Below the pieces are notes generated by a model, which was not told where the DNA came from, did no database searches, and saw only the letters and a program-made list of their open reading frames with translations. From positions 12,695-76,694 of IMG/VR virus record IMGVR_UViG_3300018080_000115: DNA of 64,000 nt; one strand, 5' to 3'. The position numbers and the translations under genes are program-made. This DNA is from a virus. Position 1 is the first letter of the stretch; the number at the start of each line of letters is the position of its first letter. Below are positions 47,804-57,217 of the stretch, one piece after another.

Positions 47804-48364
47804 ATGCGACGACTCAATAAAGCACAACCGGGCGACAGAGTGGGCGTCATCTTGGGACGTTCTGAATGTGGACGCTTCATGCATTGGCTTGGATTCGGGA
47901 CGTTCCTAGGCACGTTTCCCTTGGTGATTGATTCAGGAAGACCGACAGACGAACCTTGGCTCAAGACCATTGAGATCATGAATCCCTGCATCAAGCTTGA
48001 CACAGACGCATTGGTGTGGGGCATTCAAACGCATTGGGGCTTGCCGAAGAGCGTGCAGGAAAAGCTTAAAGATTGGCAACAGCATCATGGTCTGATTCCA
48101 AAACTGCTTGACGCTAGAATTCATCCGGGACGACAGACTGCGTTTGGGAAAATCGTCAATTGTGGTGTTCCTTTTTATCTATATAAAATTAAGTCACACA
48201 TAAGAGGAATAAAAAGAATCATTACCCATTCATACAAAGATGACGATGGAAGAATTAGAAGCGTCACCTACGATGGCGGCGAAGTCGTCAAGATTGATGG
48301 AATGGACGTTGAAGAATGGGAAAAGCTGAACCAACAATTGTTGAATCAGAATCACTTGAAATGA
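47804..48364 (+). CDS. Hypothetical phage protein
   Basis: NPCIKLD..VWG motif; function unknown. Confidence 0.65.
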   Translation: MRRLNKAQPGDRVGVILGRSECGRFMHWLGFGTFLGTFPLVIDSGRPTDEPWLKTIEIMNPCIKLDTDALVWGIQTHWGLPKSVQEKLKDWQQHHGLIPKLLDARIHPGRQTAFGKIVNCGVPFYLYKIKSHIRGIKRIITHSYKDDDGRIRSVTYDGGEVVKIDGMDVEEWEKLNQQLLNQNHLK

Positions 48365-48648
48365 TCGTCAAGCCGTGCGTCGGCTGCGGCATGTGCTGCC
48401 GATCGGCTCAATGTGTCGTTTCGACTTCAATTCATGGAATTGTCGAAAACGGCTATTGTCCCGAACTGTTCTGGAACGGTGAGCAATGGCGTTGCAAACT
48501 AATGATCGGCGACTCGCTTCAAGCGCAAACCTATCGCCAAGAATTGGCGTGCGGCATGGGATGTGTCAGCACGCTGTTCAATTCCGATCGCGAAAACATT
48601 CCAACGCCTGAAATGATTGAAGCACGACGCAAAAAGAAAAGATCATGA
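48361..48648 (+). CDS. YkgJ-like Cys-cluster (Zn or Fe-S) protein
   Basis: CVGCGMCC..C..CPEL..CKL..CGMGC. Confidence 0.6.
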   Translation: MIVKPCVGCGMCCRSAQCVVSTSIHGIVENGYCPELFWNGEQWRCKLMIGDSLQAQTYRQELACGMGCVSTLFNSDRENIPTPEMIEARRKKKRS

Positions 48649-48890
48649 CAGAAGCAACTTTTAAAGCATATATAGTAAAGCTTCATCATATATTTGGAGA
48701 TGACAGAGCGTTAAATCATGTGATAATACAAGCCATTTCAGCCGCCAAGGCAAAAATGAAAGTCGCTCGCATGGTGAATGAAGCCGGTTTCGCCACCATC
48801 AGTCAAGTGCTTCAAGGCGTTCGCTGCGCCAGATCTCCTCAGCACGACAACAAAAAGTTCCATAAAAACGGCTGTTTAGTAACAGATTGA
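48645..48890 (+). CDS. Hypothetical protein
   Basis: ATGA overlap. Confidence 0.55.
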   Translation: MTEATFKAYIVKLHHIFGDDRALNHVIIQAISAAKAKMKVARMVNEAGFATISQVLQGVRCARSPQHDNKKFHKNGCLVTD

Positions 48891-48909
48891 ACAAAAAACA
48901 AAAAAGTCC

Positions 48910-48938
48910 TTGACAATCTGTAATGGACTTGTTACAGT
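48910..48938 (+). promoter_or_regulatory. sigma70-type promoter
   Basis: TTGACA-ATCTGTAA..N17-TACAGT. Confidence 0.7.
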
Positions 48939-48966
48939 TATCGCAGACTGAAGAAAGGACAGACCA

Positions 48967-49515
48967 ATGACCCCCATTTACACCGACTTCAACGACATTC
49001 CGCAGATGACGGAACATCCGTCGTACCGAGTTGACTGCGATTGGGAATACTTCATCAACGTGTGGATTCCTGAGCAAGTCGGAGAGACCGAACTGTCTCC
49101 GCTGCAGCTGAATCCAGACTTCCAACGCGGTCATGTCTGGACCGAAGAACAGCAGATCGCCTTTGTGGAATTCGCTCTGCGCGGCGGTCTGACCGGACAA
49201 CACATCTACTTCAATCATCCGGGCTGGCAGAGAAGCTATCAAGGCGATTTCGTCTTGGTCGACGGCTTGCAACGAATCACGGCGGTGCGGCGATTCATTC
49301 ACAACGAGATTCCTGCGTTCGGCACCTACTGCAAGGACTTCAAAGGACGTCTTCCGCGTCGAGCGCAATTCGTCATCTGCGTCAACAAGCTGAAGACGCG
49401 CGCCGAAGTGCTGCGCTGGTACATCGAAATGAATGACGGCGGGGTTGTTCACAGCAGCGAAGAGATTGAGCGGGTTCGTAAACTGATGAAGAAGGCGGAA
49501 GGCGGCAAGTTATGA
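48967..49515 (+). CDS. DUF262 (ParB-like) domain protein
   Basis: LNPDFQRGHVWT..Q; LVDGLQRITAV. Confidence 0.9.
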   Translation: MTPIYTDFNDIPQMTEHPSYRVDCDWEYFINVWIPEQVGETELSPLQLNPDFQRGHVWTEEQQIAFVEFALRGGLTGQHIYFNHPGWQRSYQGDFVLVDGLQRITAVRRFIHNEIPAFGTYCKDFKGRLPRRAQFVICVNKLKTRAEVLRWYIEMNDGGVVHSSEEIERVRKLMKKAEGGKL

Positions 49516-49838
49516 TGAAGTCAGAGAAAGTTCCCTGCAAACAGCAAGTGCTGTCGTATGACATAGTGGACGCAGAAAAGCTGATCAAGAAGCTTTGGCC
49601 TCACCTCGAAAAGTACAATGCCGAAGCTGCGAAACGACTCAAAAGCGAATTGGAAAAACTGGAAGAAACAGAAGACTTCCGCCGTCTCATGATAGCCACA
49701 TCATTGTGTCCAAAAATCATAAATGCATTGAACAACGTCGCTCCTGACGGCATGCATTTCGGTTCGTCAGACATCGACAACACATGTTACGGTTTTTTCT
49801 ACAACGGCTTTAACAACAGCGGAAAGGCAGATCGATGA
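49512..49838 (+). CDS. Hypothetical protein
   Basis: ALNNVAPDGMHFGS..YGF. Confidence 0.6.
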   Translation: MMKSEKVPCKQQVLSYDIVDAEKLIKKLWPHLEKYNAEAAKRLKSELEKLEETEDFRRLMIATSLCPKIINALNNVAPDGMHFGSSDIDNTCYGFFYNGFNNSGKADR

Positions 49839-50833
49839 AACTGAACAGTCTGAGAGACAAGCTGAAGCAAGCCGGTTTGGTCAGTCAAGAAGATGCTGCC
49901 AAAGCCGAACGAGCCGCAGAAGTCAGACAGCGCGTGCTTGAAGAGCGAGCCGAACAGGAGCACAAAGAGGAATCGCAAATCCGGCGCACCTTGGGCAGAC
50001 GCGCACAGCGCAATGAAGATCTGATGGAGAACATGCGGCGTCAAGCGAAAGAAAACCCACTGAAGCCGCATTTGGTCAAGGGAGCGCGAAAACTCTCAAC
50101 TTCCTCAATCGCAGTCGATCGTTCGAAGACGACTGCGCCTGAACCGGAACCGACTTTGGAAAGAAATGTTCAGACGAGTCACACCAATATCGTCCAAAGC
50201 GAAGTTCACAAACTGACTGGAAAAATCGACGAATTATGGAAGAAAGGCGGCAAAAGCAAAGGGTTCGTCATTCATCTGATCATGGCGTTCATGAATCCAT
50301 TTGCCATGCGCGGTTCTGTGTTCTCCTGGGAAAACCTGCCTTCCATCCCGTCAGACAAAAATCGCCGATGCGCTCTGAGCAACGTCTATCTTGTCACGGT
50401 GGACGAATGCCTGAACAAGTCCAAAGCGTCTCATCGTCAGCTCATCAAAATGCTCAAGAGCGAAGGCAACCATTCATTTCTAGAACTGCTTCAGGAAATG
50501 GATAACTCGCTTGTTGCATGGACCAAAAGCAAGGCTCTTGCCATCTACAGCGACGAATCCAAGCGTTTTCTCTCTCCGGTTTCCCTGATGGCATTGCGCA
50601 ATTGGTATCTGATAAATGTTACCGAAAACGTTTGGCTCATCCACAAGCTGAACGATGCCATCGAAGAAAAAAGAAAGACCGCTCACGCTTACCAAATGGC
50701 GGAAGCCGAAGCGGAAGGCGGAGCGGCGCAAGACGAAGCCATGAAGAAGCTGACAGCCATCTTTGACCGGCTCAAGCGGAATGACGTGAATCTGGCTCTT
50801 GAAGAACAACGTGAACTCAGCCTTGAAAAGTGA
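49835..50833 (+). CDS. Hypothetical protein
   Basis: 332 codons; basic helical N-terminus. Confidence 0.7.
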   Translation: MKLNSLRDKLKQAGLVSQEDAAKAERAAEVRQRVLEERAEQEHKEESQIRRTLGRRAQRNEDLMENMRRQAKENPLKPHLVKGARKLSTSSIAVDRSKTTAPEPEPTLERNVQTSHTNIVQSEVHKLTGKIDELWKKGGKSKGFVIHLIMAFMNPFAMRGSVFSWENLPSIPSDKNRRCALSNVYLVTVDECLNKSKASHRQLIKMLKSEGNHSFLELLQEMDNSLVAWTKSKALAIYSDESKRFLSPVSLMALRNWYLINVTENVWLIHKLNDAIEEKRKTAHAYQMAEAEAEGGAAQDEAMKKLTAIFDRLKRNDVNLALEEQRELSLEK

Positions 50834-51002
50834 TGATGCGATGGCGGAAAACAATGAGTACAGCGGACTGCTGGTGTTTGCAGGAACGATTCTTTTGATG
50901 ATCTCACCATTCTTCTGTTGAAGCATCAAGAAAGGAAACAAAAATGGGCTTGCTGATTCTGTTCATCATAATCATGATCATGATCAAAACTAGTGACGTG
51001 CC

Positions 51003-51515
51003 ATGAAAATCAAATTCCTTCCGGCGACTCCGTTCATGGCTTTGATGCAAAAAGACTCCCGCATCGATGCCATGCGAAGCATTCTGGACAATGACGCCCA
51101 AACTCCATGGTGGCTTGTCTCCATCACCGAAGGCACCGGAACCGTCATTTTTCCCATGGAATTCATGGCTGCGATGGGATGCAAAGCCGTATTGCCTCTT
51201 GCGTTCGACGATATCGACCCGAAGCGCGGGAAAGGCAACATGACGGACATCTATCGGATCTTCAACGAGCATCATGCGGATCGTATCATCAGCTTCTTCG
51301 ATTGGATTCATCAGAGCCACAGGGTCATTGTTCACTGTGCCGCTGGCATCTCTCGAAGCGCGGCTGTTGCAACGTTTGCCCACGAATACTTCGGCGTGGA
51401 ACAGAGCCCTGAATTCATCAAGAAAGCGGGACGGGCAAACATGCATGTCTTGCAGGTTCTGAGGCGTCAAGCGGGCTTTCTGAACCCCAATCCTGAAAGG
51501 CAAGAAGATGAGTAA
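51003..51515 (+). CDS. Protein-tyrosine/dual-specificity phosphatase-like (CX5R)
   Basis: VIVHCAAGISRSAAVA; FDD loop. Confidence 0.9.
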   Translation: MKIKFLPATPFMALMQKDSRIDAMRSILDNDAQTPWWLVSITEGTGTVIFPMEFMAAMGCKAVLPLAFDDIDPKRGKGNMTDIYRIFNEHHADRIISFFDWIHQSHRVIVHCAAGISRSAAVATFAHEYFGVEQSPEFIKKAGRANMHVLQVLRRQAGFLNPNPERQEDE

Positions 51516-51834
51516 AACGAAGGAATCAGAGAAAACATTTCGGAGGATCAGTGCTAAGCTTTGGGATGCGTCGGATCTAAAAAAAGAAGTGGAACAGCGG
51601 TTCAGGACGCCGAAAGGCGGCGGTCAAAACACTGATCCAACCATGAAGCTGAAACGACTCATCCGACTCAAACCAAAGACGCTTAAACGTCTGGCGCGCA
51701 TCTCGGAACACCTAAGCAACATGCAGCCAAAACGCAAAATCACGCCAATGCAGGTTGCATCCATCCTCTTGGAAAGAGCGATTGACGAATTGGAAATTTC
51801 TCTTCCAGCCAAAACCACAAAACGAAAAAAATAG
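51508..51834 (+). CDS. Basic putative DNA-binding protein (RHH-like)
   Basis: LIRLKPKTLKRL..ITPMQVASILLERAI. Confidence 0.5.
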   Translation: MSKTKESEKTFRRISAKLWDASDLKKEVEQRFRTPKGGGQNTDPTMKLKRLIRLKPKTLKRLARISEHLSNMQPKRKITPMQVASILLERAIDELEISLPAKTTKRKK

Positions 51835-51860
51835 CCTCACTTCCGCGCCCTTGACGTTGT

Positions 51861-52130
51861 ATGTCTGAATCAGAAAGGCGCATGATGGAAGAAGCATACC
51901 GAATCATCGCGGAATTCGGGAACGTCCATTTGATCCAAACAAATGGCGAAAGCGTCATCTTGCGCGTTTTTCTGAAGGGAAAAGGAGACAAGTTCGTCAA
52001 ACACATTGACGTTACTACGGAAATGGACCAGTTGTTCGCAATTCATGAAACACTGACCTATTACAAAGCGCATGGACGACTGCCTGTCTCTCAAAAAGAA
52101 CTGAAACAAGATCAGAAAAGGAAACCATGA
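51861..52130 (+). CDS. Hypothetical protein
   Basis: Co-directional ORF. Confidence 0.55.
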   Translation: MSESERRMMEEAYRIIAEFGNVHLIQTNGESVILRVFLKGKGDKFVKHIDVTTEMDQLFAIHETLTYYKAHGRLPVSQKELKQDQKRKP

Positions 52131-53290
52131 TACCAAGCACAGACAGCAAGAATAACGGGAGTCAGAAGAACAGGTTCAAAATGATCGATCCTGAAATGGT
52201 GTTTGGTCCTGTTTGGATGCACATCATGGCTGAACACCCCAACGCTGCTGTTCTACTACGTGAAGGACTCAACAACCTTCCGCGCATTCGAAACATTCCG
52301 ATCGCCCGCACCAGTGTTTTCGAAGCCATCAAGGAATGCCTGAATTCGTGTGACGATCCTACGCCGTCAAAGCACATGGGAATGATTGACGGCGGCAGAG
52401 CGGCATCAATGAACGATGAAAAACAAAACAGTTATACTCTGATGAACTTTAATATTCGATTCAATTCAATCGGAGAAATCGATCAGCGCCATCATGGCGA
52501 AGACGTTCCGTGCTTTGTTCCACTCGTCTGCTTCTTCAAAGAAGGCAAAAAGGATAGTCAGCATACGCTGAATCTTCTTCAACGCTGTTCCAGCGGAAAA
52601 ATGGAAACCAGAACGTTTTTTTCGGAGATCAGCAAGATTCAGCCTTTGGAGCTGAGCACTTTTCTGCTTCAATACGAAAAAGACGAATTGGACACAAGCA
52701 AGGAGCAGCAGTCATTCATCACCGCATATAGCGAAAACGAATGTGAAATGATTGGTGATTTTGCATTGCTGAGCTGGCTGATGGAATTCGCTTCGAATGG
52801 AAACTTGACGACAGATGAAGGCATGAAGCGATGCCAAATCGTCATAATGCGGCTCTTCCTCTACCTGATGAAGACTTTTCATTTCACCAGCCTTGACCGT
52901 GAAATGTTGAGCGTCCTGTTTGACGCAAACAATCCTGTCTGCACAATGTACTCTCAAGAAAATTACAACAATAGTCGTATGTATATTATGCGAAACAGAC
53001 ACAATCAACGGTTTTCAATCATTCTCAATCATCAATGGGGCGATGTTCTCTATCCCTATGACAAGTCTTACAAGGACGAACGCGCAGCGGAAGTTCGTCA
53101 CAAAATCATGACGCTGCGGTCAACCCCGAATTATCCTTTCGAAATGATCCACTCCAACAACTGCAATACACTCATCAATGCCGCAAAACTGTTCTATCTG
53201 TTGGCAACCAAAAAGATGCCTGATCGAATCGTGTTCAAAAATGATGTCGAATCCTTCGGAGACAAAACGTTCTTCAACCAAATCGACTAA
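52127..53290 (+). CDS. Hypothetical protein
   Basis: AAAAGGA SD; 387 codons. Confidence 0.7.
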   Translation: MIPSTDSKNNGSQKNRFKMIDPEMVFGPVWMHIMAEHPNAAVLLREGLNNLPRIRNIPIARTSVFEAIKECLNSCDDPTPSKHMGMIDGGRAASMNDEKQNSYTLMNFNIRFNSIGEIDQRHHGEDVPCFVPLVCFFKEGKKDSQHTLNLLQRCSSGKMETRTFFSEISKIQPLELSTFLLQYEKDELDTSKEQQSFITAYSENECEMIGDFALLSWLMEFASNGNLTTDEGMKRCQIVIMRLFLYLMKTFHFTSLDREMLSVLFDANNPVCTMYSQENYNNSRMYIMRNRHNQRFSIILNHQWGDVLYPYDKSYKDERAAEVRHKIMTLRSTPNYPFEMIHSNNCNTLINAAKLFYLLATKKMPDRIVFKNDVESFGDKTFFNQID

Positions 53291-53431
53291 AATTCCTATG
53301 GCACCATAAACAATAAAACGGAAAGAATTGGAAAGACTCATTTTTTATAATTTAAATAATTGAAAAATACAAGCCTGCAACAGAAGATCTGTGCTATATT
53401 GAAACAGACTTCGCAATGACGGAAAAAGCCG

Positions 53432-53806
53432 ATGATAATTGACATTCTGCCAAAAGAAGTCAAGTTGATCAGAGACGGCGACTTGGTCTTGCTTTTTCCT
53501 GTCAACGAATTTAATATAAAGAAAGATAAAGATGGTCAGTGCAAGGAAAAACAGGGAAAGCAGATGTTCTTTGAACGCATCATTCGAACAGGAGAACGTG
53601 CCTATCGTTTGATGCTTCGTGCGGTTGTATGCAGAAGAAAAGGACATGTCTTGGAAAATCCAGGATGGGAACTGAGAACCGGGAACATTCATTATCGCTG
53701 CCAGCGTTGCGGGAAACGGATCATTTTCCCCCCTAATGACGTCAGGAACATGCGCGCAAAAAAACAATTCATGCTGATATTCGACAAGAACGGTAAAAAG
53801 GATTAA
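53432..53806 (+). CDS. Hypothetical protein with Cys/His motif
   Basis: CRRKGH..YRCQRCG. Confidence 0.6.
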   Translation: MIIDILPKEVKLIRDGDLVLLFPVNEFNIKKDKDGQCKEKQGKQMFFERIIRTGERAYRLMLRAVVCRRKGHVLENPGWELRTGNIHYRCQRCGKRIIFPPNDVRNMRAKKQFMLIFDKNGKKD

Positions 53807-53808
53807 GA

Positions 53809-54162
53809 TTGATGACTACGCAAATCAAGCCGATTCTGGATAATCATGAAATGGACAAGACCGTCAAGCTGTTCATGGGCGAATTCGTTGCTAAAAGCGG
53901 GAAACAAACCATCACACAAACAGATTTCGACGAATTCATACTGCTTGGCATGCACCTCTGGTACACTGAAAAGAACGCAGGCTGGCGAAGACTGTCCAGT
54001 GTTCCGGGATTTCGCCTGACCAACACTTCCGACTATGTAAGATCGATGCTGAATCGATTCTGCAAACGATTCCCTGATGCCTGGAAAAAATCCGCACTGA
54101 GAAGCGTTGAAGTATTCGATCAAGGCGAAAGAGTCAAAACACCAATCGATGAAAGGTGTTGA
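53809..54162 (+). CDS. Hypothetical protein
   Basis: AAAAGGA SD. Confidence 0.6.
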   Translation: MMTTQIKPILDNHEMDKTVKLFMGEFVAKSGKQTITQTDFDEFILLGMHLWYTEKNAGWRRLSSVPGFRLTNTSDYVRSMLNRFCKRFPDAWKKSALRSVEVFDQGERVKTPIDERC

Positions 54163-54539
54163 CTGCCATGTCTCAACAGGAATCAACCAAGCTTGGAACA
54201 GATCCGCTCTACTATGGCTGGCATATGACAGAAAGCATCTTTTCATTTGTCGGCTGCTTATTGTACGGCTTAACGATTTGGCTTGTGTTCGGATGGTCTG
54301 CCGGAAGAAACGGCGTCCCGGTTCCGAGCTATCCGCAGACTCTTCTCTTCATCCTTCTGCTCAAAATGCTGCGCAATCTGATCCACAAATCAAAGCCTTC
54401 AGATTACGACAGCAATCTGACTCACAGACAAGCCGAATACATTGACCTGAAATTCATGATACAAGCCCTGTTCGGCAGACACGTCGTTGCGCCAATCACA
54501 TTCTTGATCGTGTCGCTTCTCATCCATCTTCTCGACTGA
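54156..54539 (+). CDS. Membrane protein (about 3 TM)
   Basis: Three hydrophobic segments. Confidence 0.6.
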   Translation: MLTAMSQQESTKLGTDPLYYGWHMTESIFSFVGCLLYGLTIWLVFGWSAGRNGVPVPSYPQTLLFILLLKMLRNLIHKSKPSDYDSNLTHRQAEYIDLKFMIQALFGRHVVAPITFLIVSLLIHLLD

Positions 54540-54551
54540 TTCAATTTTCCC

Positions 54552-54580
54552 TTGACAATCTGTAACGGGAGCGTTATGGT
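54552..54580 (+). promoter_or_regulatory. sigma70-type promoter
   Basis: TTGACA-ATCTGTAA..N17-TATGGT. Confidence 0.65.
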
Positions 54581-54604
54581 CTATCCAACAAATTGGATAA
54601 AGCC

Positions 54605-54988
54605 ATGACGACGTTCGAAAGCGAAAAAGACAGAAGACGAAGGCAAGAAGAACTTGCCGTACAGTATGCGACAAGTCAGATTGAAGCCAGACGAAACATG
54701 GCAGACGAACTGACATTGAAAGTGAATCTGCAACGATACGGTTTTGAACGTCTTCGCAGGATCGTTAAGCTAGCTGCACAACAAGCAGAAAAAGCGTCGC
54801 CTTTCTTGTACCATTGGCTTCTTCACGATCCTTATGGAACATGGGCAAAAAAAGCCGCCGACGCACTCGAACATGCATTCAGTCATCCAAAATTCAAGAC
54901 CATGACAGAGGAAGAAGTTGACAAGGAATGTGCTACCTTTCTTGTTTTTCTAGGTGCGAAAACATTGATGCATGAAGACATCCCGTGA
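54605..54988 (+). CDS. Hypothetical protein
   Basis: First gene after the promoter. Confidence 0.6.
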   Translation: MTTFESEKDRRRRQEELAVQYATSQIEARRNMADELTLKVNLQRYGFERLRRIVKLAAQQAEKASPFLYHWLLHDPYGTWAKKAADALEHAFSHPKFKTMTEEEVDKECATFLVFLGAKTLMHEDIP

Positions 54989-55466
54989 AGAAGAAAAGAA
55001 GGCAATAATGCACACCGAACCCACAGACTACAGAAAATTGACTGTCGGCATGAAATTGGAGCTGAATCTGACTGTTGATCAACAGTTCGAATTTAAAGCC
55101 GGTCTGCCTGACTGCAAGTACGAAGAGAGCGAAGGGGTGTGGTTCGTTGCCGGTGAAGTCATGCTGGAAGACGGAAGCGTATGCCATGCAATTCTTGGCT
55201 TCCCGGAAGACGAATATCATCTGCCGCATTACGCCTACATCTTCACTCCGTCAGGACCCTGCGACATCTTCGAAACTTCCAACATCGATTTGAATGGTAC
55301 GCCAAAACTCAGCAATGCTCTGATGCAGATCAGAAGCGTTCTAGGCACAGTATACTTTCGCATTCCTCATCAGAATCGTTCCGCGCCTCATAACAAGCGC
55401 GTCTGGCATCATCTCTACGACGGGCACGTGTGTCCGACCGTCTCAACCCAATTCGATTGTCATTGA
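54972..55466 (+). CDS. Hypothetical protein
   Basis: 164 codons. Confidence 0.6.
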   Translation: MKTSREEEKKAIMHTEPTDYRKLTVGMKLELNLTVDQQFEFKAGLPDCKYEESEGVWFVAGEVMLEDGSVCHAILGFPEDEYHLPHYAYIFTPSGPCDIFETSNIDLNGTPKLSNALMQIRSVLGTVYFRIPHQNRSAPHNKRVWHHLYDGHVCPTVSTQFDCH

Positions 55467-55611
55467 ATCATGGACAAGCCAAGCAAGCTGTATTACATTC
55501 AAACCAACAAGGAGAGACGTCATGCCTTCTTAGCGACGCAACAAATCCCCGCCCGGTTTCCTTTCAGAGGTTCGCTTCACAAAGCATCAACCCGAACGAA
55601 AGGAAATGACC

Positions 55612-55929
55612 ATGTCAGAAATGAAATTCCAAGCAGAATGGGATTGGGAGAATGCGACTCAGGCCGACATCGATTGGCTTCGAGAACGCGCCGCCGAACT
55701 GATCCAACGTGCATCCGATGCGACAGGCATCCTGGCAAAAGACAAGAAATCAGACGTTTGTCGTCATCATGACATCGATGAATTCGACGTGGAAAGCCTG
55801 TTGAGAGATCAAGCCGAATTCAACTTCGAAGACGAGAAATACCTTGGATGCTCAGATTGGGAAACAGAATACATCAACAACAAAATCCCATGGAGCGAAA
55901 TTTGCCGACTCTCTGAACAACTAGACTGA
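55612..55929 (+). CDS. Acidic hypothetical protein
   Basis: GAAAGGA SD. Confidence 0.65.
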   Translation: MSEMKFQAEWDWENATQADIDWLRERAAELIQRASDATGILAKDKKSDVCRHHDIDEFDVESLLRDQAEFNFEDEKYLGCSDWETEYINNKIPWSEICRLSEQLD

Positions 55930-55966
55930 CATTGTTTCAATGACTCAAACCGAAAGGAACTAACCG

Positions 55967-56470
55967 ATGACCAAGTTCAAGCAATTCAAGGCAATCCAGA
56001 AGAAGCGTGCCGAGATCATCCGTCACAACAAGCGTCTGGTGCGCAGTTCCGACCAGATGCATGCCATGATCGATCAGGACAGCTTGCTGTCGCACCGAAA
56101 CGATTCTCAAACCGATGATCACAGCGAAATGCACCACATGTTTTCCATGTGGAAGTTGCACAACAACCTGCGAGTCGCCAAAACCAATTATCGGCTGAAT
56201 CACATCGCTTGGTCTTTGGCGAAGAAAAGGCTGACAAACGACCAGCAAGCGAAGGACTACTACAGCGAGCGCATCGAATCGAACTGCAAGCATCCATTGT
56301 CCGATGAACAGTGGAAGATCATCCTGATGATGCGTGACAGGATGTTCTGCGCCTATGATCAACACAAGCAGATGCAGTGCATCAAACGTAACGAAGAGCT
56401 GAAGACAAAGATGCAGCCGTTGCGTACTGATGGAGAAGCCCGTATCATCGAAGTTCCCGATATGATCTGA
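55967..56470 (+). CDS. Hypothetical protein
   Basis: GAAAGGA SD. Confidence 0.7.
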   Translation: MTKFKQFKAIQKKRAEIIRHNKRLVRSSDQMHAMIDQDSLLSHRNDSQTDDHSEMHHMFSMWKLHNNLRVAKTNYRLNHIAWSLAKKRLTNDQQAKDYYSERIESNCKHPLSDEQWKIILMMRDRMFCAYDQHKQMQCIKRNEELKTKMQPLRTDGEARIIEVPDMI

Positions 56471-56480
56471 TCCGACAACC

Positions 56481-56556
56481 GAGCGTGTAGTTCAATGGTA
56501 GAACGACAGACTCTAAATCTGTGTCAGTCTTGGTTCGAATCCAAGCACGCTCACCA
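56481..56556 (+). tRNA. tRNA with anticodon CUA (amber suppressor)
   Basis: GAGCGTG/CACGCTC acceptor, GTTC/GAAC D-stem, ACAGA-CTCTAAA-TCTGT anticodon arm, CTTGG-TTCGAAT-CCAAG T-arm, A73-CCA; 76 nt. Confidence 0.92.
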
Positions 56557-56595
56557 AGATTCGACGGGGAAGGACATCCTTCCCCATTCCGAATT

Positions 56596-56671
56596 GGGCG
56601 CGTAGTTCCAATGGAAGAACGCTTGTTTTGCATGCAAGAGGTTGCGGGTTCAAATCCCGTCGCGTCCACCA
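56596..56671 (+). tRNA. tRNA-Ala (UGC)
   Basis: GGGCGCG/CGCGTCC with G3:U70, loop TTTGCAT, TTCAAAT T-loop, encoded CCA. Confidence 0.95.
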
Positions 56672-56692
56672 TTTTCTCCATGGAGCACAGTC

Positions 56693-56887
56693 ATGACGGT
56701 CAAAGAACTTCGAGAACTGATCAAAGACATCCCGGACGATTGGGAAATCAAATCGGCTGACGACAACGGCGATTTGTTTGAAGTGGAAATGAAGCTGATG
56801 GCCAAGAAAGTCAAGGACGACGGCGATCCTGCCATCGATGACGATCCGCGCGCAAAGGTATCGATCGTTGTTGTTTTTGACGCTTAA
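56693..56887 (+). CDS. Small acidic protein (MTVKELRELIK..)
   Basis: GGAG SD. Confidence 0.65.
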   Translation: MTVKELRELIKDIPDDWEIKSADDNGDLFEVEMKLMAKKVKDDGDPAIDDDPRAKVSIVVVFDA

Positions 56888-56904
56888 GGTTTGGAGCAAA
56901 AGCC

Positions 56905-57201
56905 ATGCACCAAGAAGCGGCCGAAGAAATCTTCGAAGATGTCAAAACGCACATCCTCGATCACATCAATGACAACGGCAAAACAGACGAAGACGGGCGC
57001 AAATCCATGCGCGTCATGTCCCTCATCGTCAAGTTCCGCCGCGATCTTCCGCCGCATGCGCAAGGCTTCCAAGTCATTTCAAGCTACGTCGACATGCTCT
57101 TGATCGAAATGCAGCGTGAAGGCATGGTGAAGCTGATCCGCAATGAAAAGCGTAAATCAAACCTGCACAGCCAATTCGAACGGTGCATATTGACCATCTG
57201 A
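56905..57201 (+). CDS. Hypothetical protein
   Basis: GGAG SD. Confidence 0.6.
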   Translation: MHQEAAEEIFEDVKTHILDHINDNGKTDEDGRKSMRVMSLIVKFRRDLPPHAQGFQVISSYVDMLLIEMQREGMVKLIRNEKRKSNLHSQFERCILTI

Positions 57202-57217
57202 AAGGAACGCGGCACTC

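Noticed and set aside
56481-56556. tRNA-Pyl
   Set aside because: Has a canonical D-loop GG, TTC T-loop, 5-bp anticodon stem and 2-nt acceptor/D linker, unlike tRNA-Pyl; no pyl genes seen
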